A DNA stretch of 64,000 bases. It comes from Octopus sinensis (lineage: Eukaryota). Below, piece after piece: positions 63,201 through 64,000 of this stretch. The position numbers and the translations under genes are program-made. Position 1 is the first letter of the stretch. Each line of letters starts with the position of its first letter. The DNA lies in assembly GCF_006345805.1 (NCBI RefSeq), contig NC_043012.1, forward strand, positions 16,864,001-16,928,000, written 5' to 3'. A model generated the notes under the pieces. That model ran no database searches and was not told the DNA's origin. It saw only the letters and a list, made by a program, of their open reading frames with translations.

Positions 63201-63715
63201 GGAAGGGCATCCAGCTGTAGAAACACTGCCAGATCTGACTGGCCTGGTGCAGCCTTCGGACTCCCCAGACCCCAGTTGAACCGTCCGACCCATGCTAGCA
63301 TGGAAAGCGGACGTTAAACGATGATGATGATGATGATCATCATCATCATCATCATCATCATTTAATGTTTATTTTCCATACTGGCATGGTTTGGACAGTT
63401 TGACAGGAGCTGGCCATCTGGCTAGCTGTCCAAACTCCAGTTGTCTCTTCTGACATGGTTTCTGCAACATGATGCCCTTCTTACTTAATGCCAACCACTC
63501 TTCAATGTGTGCTGGGTGCCCAGTGTAAATGAAAAAATTCTCAAATACACAAAATAAAAAGATATGAATTTTGTTGTTTTTTTCCTTTTCAGGTTGATAG
63601 TTTCTCCTTTGGAATGTTTATCTATGAATTGGTCACCTGTCAGCAACCATTATGGAAAGAATCTCATGTTAATAATTTTATCTGCCAAGGTGGACGGCCA
63701 AAACTAACTCCCGAG
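1000..63715 (+). CDS. LRRK1: LRRK1-like ROCO protein kinase gene, 25 exons in window, 5' and 3' ends outside window
   Basis: Phase-consistent GT-AG exon chain encoding ankyrin repeats, LRRs, ROC ([19 protein letters not shown]), COR ([23 protein letters not shown]) and kinase ([27 protein letters not shown]). DFGGQ, ARQE and DYG match LRRK1/invertebrate LRRK. Exact orthology needs phylogeny. Confidence 0.92.
1240..1920. repeat. Purine-rich low-complexity tract with (GA)n and (TG)n
   Basis: Composition; overlapping ORFs lack any domain signal. Confidence 0.8.
2911..3321 (+). mobile_element. SINE family A (tRNA-like head, CORE-like accttgggcaagt, internal (TA/TG)n), full copy
   Basis: Further full or partial copies at about 12770, 17803, 19851, 20735, 22050, 32965, 33636, 38735, 48732, 61240, 62450; similarity to octopus OR-type CORE-SINEs is from memory. 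Confidence 0.85.
3440..3715 (-). mobile_element. CR1/L2-group LINE 3' fragment
   Basis: GPALFNIVP...[18 protein letters not shown]...NSLLEW. Confidence 0.7.
3768..4143 (+). mobile_element. SINE family E (tRNA-like head ggcgcaatggcccagtggtt)
   Basis: A-box-like start; 3' part recurs inverted at about 35945-36100. Confidence 0.72.
4144..5246 (+). mobile_element. RTE-clade LINE 3' part, degraded
   Basis: [35 protein letters not shown]; in-frame stops downstream. Confidence 0.9.
6405..7170 (+). mobile_element. Family D copy interrupted by an R4/Dong LINE fragment
   Basis: Inverted tail stub, tRNA head 6447-6513, long AAT tract, insert, then D body resumes near 7060 with ctgatga at 7136. Confidence 0.8.
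6694..7058 (+). mobile_element. R4/Dong-type (RLE) LINE 3' fragment
   Basis: [23 protein letters not shown]...[15 protein letters not shown] (stop 6887-6889); (AAT)n on both sides. Confidence 0.8.
8374..8588 (+). mobile_element. SINE family B with 17-bp TSD
   Basis: TSD gatattgtagtgtatgg at 8357 and 8589; central gcctttcatcctttcggggtcgataaa; copies at about 30500, 36817, 37837, 58062, 58455(-), 59205, 63800. Confidence 0.85.
8714..8879 (+). CDS. LRRK1: Exon 2, ankyrin repeats ([10 protein letters not shown]...LLREK)
   Basis: ttgcag / gtaaat; canonical ankyrin TPLH motif; phase 0 to 1. Confidence 0.88.
8923..9442. mobile_element. TTAA-flanked piggyBac-like MITE family 2 (about 520 bp)
   Basis: ttaa-CCCATTGCCTGCC ... 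GGCAGTTAATGGG-ttaa. Confidence 0.75.
9924..10138 (+). mobile_element. SINE family B with 17-bp TSD
   Basis: TSD tatatctttctcctcat at 9907 and 10139. Confidence 0.85.
13535..13652 (+). CDS. LRRK1: Exon 3, ankyrin ([10 protein letters not shown]...KTLL)
   Basis: polyT-acag / gtaagt; phase 1 to 2 fits both neighbours; not in ORF track. Confidence 0.85.
13740..16035 (-). mobile_element. CR1-clade LINE, 5'-truncated and frameshifted (APE C-end + RT + 3' UTR)
   Basis: [35 protein letters not shown] motifs; 3' stem-loop agtgc..gcact; (ATT)n tail. Confidence 0.92.
16610..17190 (-). mobile_element. Tc1/mariner (maT-like) transposase relic
   Basis: Minus-strand pieces [46 protein letters not shown] with frameshifts. 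Confidence 0.72.
17432..17783 (+). mobile_element. RTE (BovB-like) LINE 3' end
   Basis: [21 protein letters not shown] and C-terminal CxxC...HxRxC finger; (AAC) tail. Confidence 0.85.
18765..18886. repeat. About 58-bp-stem hairpin, 6-nt loop
   Basis: ttttagtgcctt...tcatttacttat-ttacag-ataagtaaatga...aaggcactaaaa. Confidence 0.85.
20447..20591 (+). CDS. LRRK1: Exon 4, ankyrin ([10 protein letters not shown]...[14 protein letters not shown])
   Basis: ttccag / gtaaga; phase 2 to 0. Confidence 0.88.
21452..21766 (+). CDS. LRRK1: Exon 5, ankyrin ([19 protein letters not shown])
   Basis: ttccag / gtagag; 105 codons; inside ORF 21398-21844. Confidence 0.9.
22779..24226 (+). CDS. LRRK1: Exon 6, last ankyrins and LRR array with Ser-rich insert
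   Basis: ttccag / gtgagt; many LxxLxLSxN repeats; phase 0 to 2. Confidence 0.93.
24325..25331. mobile_element. Solo LTR (about 1.0 kb), probably Ty3/Gypsy
   Basis: TGTAGGAAT...ATTGCTACA inverted termini, 4-bp TSD cctg at 24321-24324 and 25332-25335, CCAAT motifs, no coding remnant; orientation tentative. Confidence 0.78.
25603..25828 (+). CDS. LRRK1: Exon 7, LRR ([20 protein letters not shown])
   Basis: tgtag / gtaaga; phase 2 to 0. Confidence 0.88.
25994..26212. mobile_element. TTAA-flanked piggyBac-like MITE family 1 (about 220 bp)
   Basis: ttaa-CCCTTTAG...CTAAAGGG-ttaa; other copies 54265-54484, 8096-8687 (with SINE insert), partial 6316-6390 and 7225-7332. Confidence 0.82.
26240..26738 (-). 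mobile_element. R4/Dong-type LINE fragment, RLE domain
   Basis: Minus strand [25 protein letters not shown]...IIDIACP...VPITVGAL...[12 protein letters not shown] with an internal stop. Confidence 0.82.
26803..27116 (-). mobile_element. R4/Dong-type LINE 3' fragment
   Basis: [13 protein letters not shown] / [17 protein letters not shown]...[18 protein letters not shown]; (TTA)n on both sides. Confidence 0.82.
27157..27312 (+). CDS. LRRK1: Exon 8, LRR ([12 protein letters not shown]...LKMLNLSDN)
   Basis: tttcag / gtacgt; 52 codons. Confidence 0.9.
27990..28520. mobile_element. Family D palindromic element, most complete copy (tRNA-like head + (AAT)n + hammerhead motif, head-to-head)
   Basis: Left arm is the reverse complement of the right arm about the centre atgcccacgggcat near 28250-28265; 14-bp direct repeat ttctcatataatac at 27976-27989 and 28521-28534. 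Confidence 0.85.
28644..28786 (+). CDS. LRRK1: Exon 9, last LRR and cap ([21 protein letters not shown])
   Basis: gacag / gtaaga; typical LRRK terminal LRR; phase 0 to 2. Confidence 0.92.
29181..29298 (+). CDS. LRRK1: Exon 10, ROC P-loop ([15 protein letters not shown])
   Basis: ttgcag / gtatgt; GxxxxGKT. Confidence 0.93.
29599..30417 (-). mobile_element. Penelope-like element remnant: GIY-YIG endonuclease C-part flanked by inverted pseudo-LTR
   Basis: ORF 29944-30240 [13 protein letters not shown]...[14 protein letters not shown] fits the PLE GIY-YIG pattern; 29599-29709 is the reverse complement of 30306-30417. Confidence 0.82.
30799..30939 (+). CDS. LRRK1: Exon 11, ROC switch I/II (STVGID, TWDFGGQ)
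   Basis: ttccag / gtaaaa; 47 codons. Confidence 0.94.
32321..32443 (+). CDS. LRRK1: Exon 12, ROC ([21 protein letters not shown])
   Basis: cgcag / gtaagt; 41 codons. Confidence 0.94.
33243..33615 (+). mobile_element. 3' end of the same CR1 family
   Basis: About 10-12 differences over about 350 bp from the reverse complement of 13740-14085 (by eye); (ATT)n tail. Confidence 0.92.
34011..34378 (+). mobile_element. Helentron/HINE-like non-autonomous element
   Basis: 5' acaagagcactcagag..acctctgcc and 3' hairpin tacctccacctt-cgct-aaggcagaggta. Confidence 0.6.
34840..35211 (+). mobile_element. Helentron/DINE-like non-autonomous element nested in a SINE
   Basis: Starts actag with a perfect 13-bp hairpin and ends cacacagacagacatt..(TA)n-gat; SINE A sequence continues on both sides. 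Confidence 0.62.
35375..35636 (+). CDS. LRRK1: Exon 13, ROC G4/G5 (IIIGTHLD)
   Basis: ttctag / gtatgt; phase 0 to 1. Confidence 0.9.
37680..37812 (+). CDS. LRRK1: Exon 14, COR-A start ([15 protein letters not shown])
   Basis: ttgcag / gtaagt; phase 1 to 2. Confidence 0.9.
38413..38507 (+). CDS. LRRK1: Exon 15, COR-A ([18 protein letters not shown])
   Basis: ttatag / gtaaat; phase 2 to 1. Confidence 0.92.
39530..40560. repeat. About 1-kb degenerate (CA)/(CATA) array
   Basis: Source of the spurious His/Thr-rich ORFs. Confidence 0.95.
41274..41308 (+). ncRNA. Second minimal hammerhead-like motif (U4C variant)
   Basis: gttt-CCGACGA-a-GAGC tcc GCTC-GAAA-CGT-T-atac. Confidence 0.5.
41552..41674 (+). 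CDS. LRRK1: Exon 16, COR-A (VLCHYED...[13 protein letters not shown])
   Basis: tttcag / gtttgt; phase 1 to 1; not in ORF track. Confidence 0.92.
42420..42757 (-). mobile_element. RTE LINE 3' fragment
   Basis: Minus strand [33 protein letters not shown]. Confidence 0.75.
42871..43333. mobile_element. Family D copy with internally deleted left arm
   Basis: Same left terminus cagttctatatttaagagatg; centre catatgcccacgggcatatg; hammerhead motifs on both strands. Confidence 0.85.
43451..43632 (+). CDS. LRRK1: Exon 17, COR-A end (LLSKFELAL...LLIPSLLP)
   Basis: tttcag / gtaagt; phase 1 to 0. Confidence 0.92.
43924..44252. repeat. About 330-bp fold-back inverted repeat
   Basis: Arms meet at tgtgtat/atacaca with a 15-nt loop at 44093-44107; a 23-nt bulge in the left arm. 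Confidence 0.88.
45084..45784 (+). CDS. LRRK1: Exon 18, acidic linker and COR-B ([15 protein letters not shown])
   Basis: polyT-gatcag / gtaaat; phase 0 to 2. Confidence 0.9.
45905..48462 (-). mobile_element. pogo/Tigger-family DNA transposon, degraded
   Basis: CENP-B-type HTH (MEKLFLLWI) and DDE_1 pieces ([24 protein letters not shown]) split over several frames; TA flanks; SINE inserted at 48022-48197. Confidence 0.88.
50135..50467 (+). CDS. LRRK1: Exon 19, COR-B ([30 protein letters not shown])
   Basis: ctcttgtag / gtaagt; phase 2 to 2. Confidence 0.9.
52258..52426 (+). CDS. LRRK1: Exon 20, COR-B end (FLVEEC, CPIHGDL, LAPDI)
   Basis: tttcag / gtgagt; phase 2 to 0. Confidence 0.9.
53334..53447 (+). 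CDS. LRRK1: Exon 21, kinase Gly-rich loop ([12 protein letters not shown])
   Basis: tttcag / gttagt; 38 codons. Confidence 0.93.
53583..54143 (-). mobile_element. mariner element, internally deleted
   Basis: [22 protein letters not shown]-terminus; about 29-bp imperfect TIRs; TA TSDs. Confidence 0.9.
55343..55402 (+). CDS. LRRK1: Exon 22 (60 nt), kinase beta3 AIK lysine ([20 protein letters not shown])
   Basis: ttttctcag / gtaagt; phase 0 to 0; the only candidate I found that supplies an AxK between the Gly loop and alphaC. Confidence 0.75.
55745..56060 (+). mobile_element. RTE LINE 3' fragment
   Basis: VTNEAIL...[26 protein letters not shown]...RDGDNWRSL. Confidence 0.82.
56113..56488. 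mobile_element. Family D copy with complete right arm
   Basis: Right end taattcctcatctcttagatgtagaag is complementary to the left terminus of other copies. Confidence 0.85.
56347..56392 (+). ncRNA. Minimal type I hammerhead ribozyme motif (Penelope-like)
   Basis: acac-CTGATGA-a-GGCTG(10-nt loop)CAGCC-GAAA-CGT-T-gtatt: intact core, stem II and palindromic ACGU stem III; one stem I mismatch versus the family consensus gtgtt. Confidence 0.75.
57306..57542 (+). CDS. LRRK1: Exon 23, kinase alphaC to hinge ([19 protein letters not shown])
   Basis: tgcag / gtttgt; 79 codons. Confidence 0.94.
57585..58055. mobile_element. Two tandem copies of TTAA MITE family 3 (about 230 bp each)
   Basis: ttaacc..gatacc ... 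ggt..aaagggttaa repeated at about 57585 and 57827; stub at 6268. Confidence 0.8.
58248..58452. mobile_element. Family D copy with centre deleted
   Basis: Left terminus cagttctgtatgtaagagatgagg joined through (TTA)n to the right-arm body and hammerhead motif at 58366. Confidence 0.78.
58790..59205 (-). mobile_element. RTE LINE fragment
   Basis: [13 protein letters not shown]...[11 protein letters not shown]. Confidence 0.82.
60941..61192 (+). CDS. LRRK1: Exon 24, catalytic loop and activation segment ([21 protein letters not shown])
   Basis: tttcag / gtaaga; 84 codons; DYG is LRRK-typical; not in ORF track. Confidence 0.95.
63012..63345 (+). mobile_element. SINE-like family C (tandem 63-bp units, ggaagggcatccag core, catggaaagcggacgttaaa(tga)n tail)
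   Basis: More than 15 full or partial copies, e.g. 5455, 11105(-), 16345, 20995, 35710, 44735(-), 48022, 48530, 54930(-), 56790(-), 60360(-). Confidence 0.85.
63593..63715 (+). CDS. LRRK1: Exon 25, kinase subdomains IX-X ([13 protein letters not shown]...GGRP)
   Basis: tttcag / gtagga; 41 codons; gene continues beyond window. Confidence 0.93.
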
Positions 63716-64000
63716 GTAGGATTCTGATTATTCCCTTTTTTGGATTTTCCTCTTTTGGGTTTTTCTTCAGTGTATTAGTAACTTATTTATCACAACCAAG
63801 GCAGCGAGCTGGCAGAAACATTTTGAGTTCAAATTCTGCCGAGGTCACCTTTGCCTTTCATCTTTTTCGGGGTCGATAAATTAAGTACCAGTTACACACT
63901 GGTGTCGATGTAATTGACTTAATCCCTTTGTCTGTCCTTGTTTGTCCCCTCTATGTTTAGCCCCGTGTGGGGAATAAAGAAATAAGAAACGTTAGCACGC

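Overview
AT-rich, microsatellite-dense eukaryotic DNA. The SINE repertoire looks like Octopus (coleoid cephalopod); this is pattern recognition, not a search result. One plus-strand gene spans the window: a ROCO/LRRK-family kinase of LRRK1/invertebrate-LRRK type (ANK-LRR-ROC-COR-kinase). I assembled 25 GT-AG exons (1000-63715, about 5.9 kb, about 1975 codons) whose phases join into one open frame. Both gene ends lie outside the window. The introns hold tRNA-derived SINEs, RTE, CR1 and R4/Dong LINE fragments, a Penelope GIY-YIG remnant, a solo LTR, Tigger, mariner and maT transposon relics, TTAA MITEs and Helentron-like elements. The most striking observation is a five-copy element combining a tRNA-Arg-like Pol III head, an (AAT)n tract and a minimal Penelope-type hammerhead ribozyme. 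It inserts as a head-to-head palindrome, one copy has a 14-bp TSD, and it may be a SINE/retrozyme hybrid. Two further hammerhead-like motifs and several long fold-back hairpins are also present. Coordinates were counted by hand: exon limits were checked by phase, and repeat limits are approximate.
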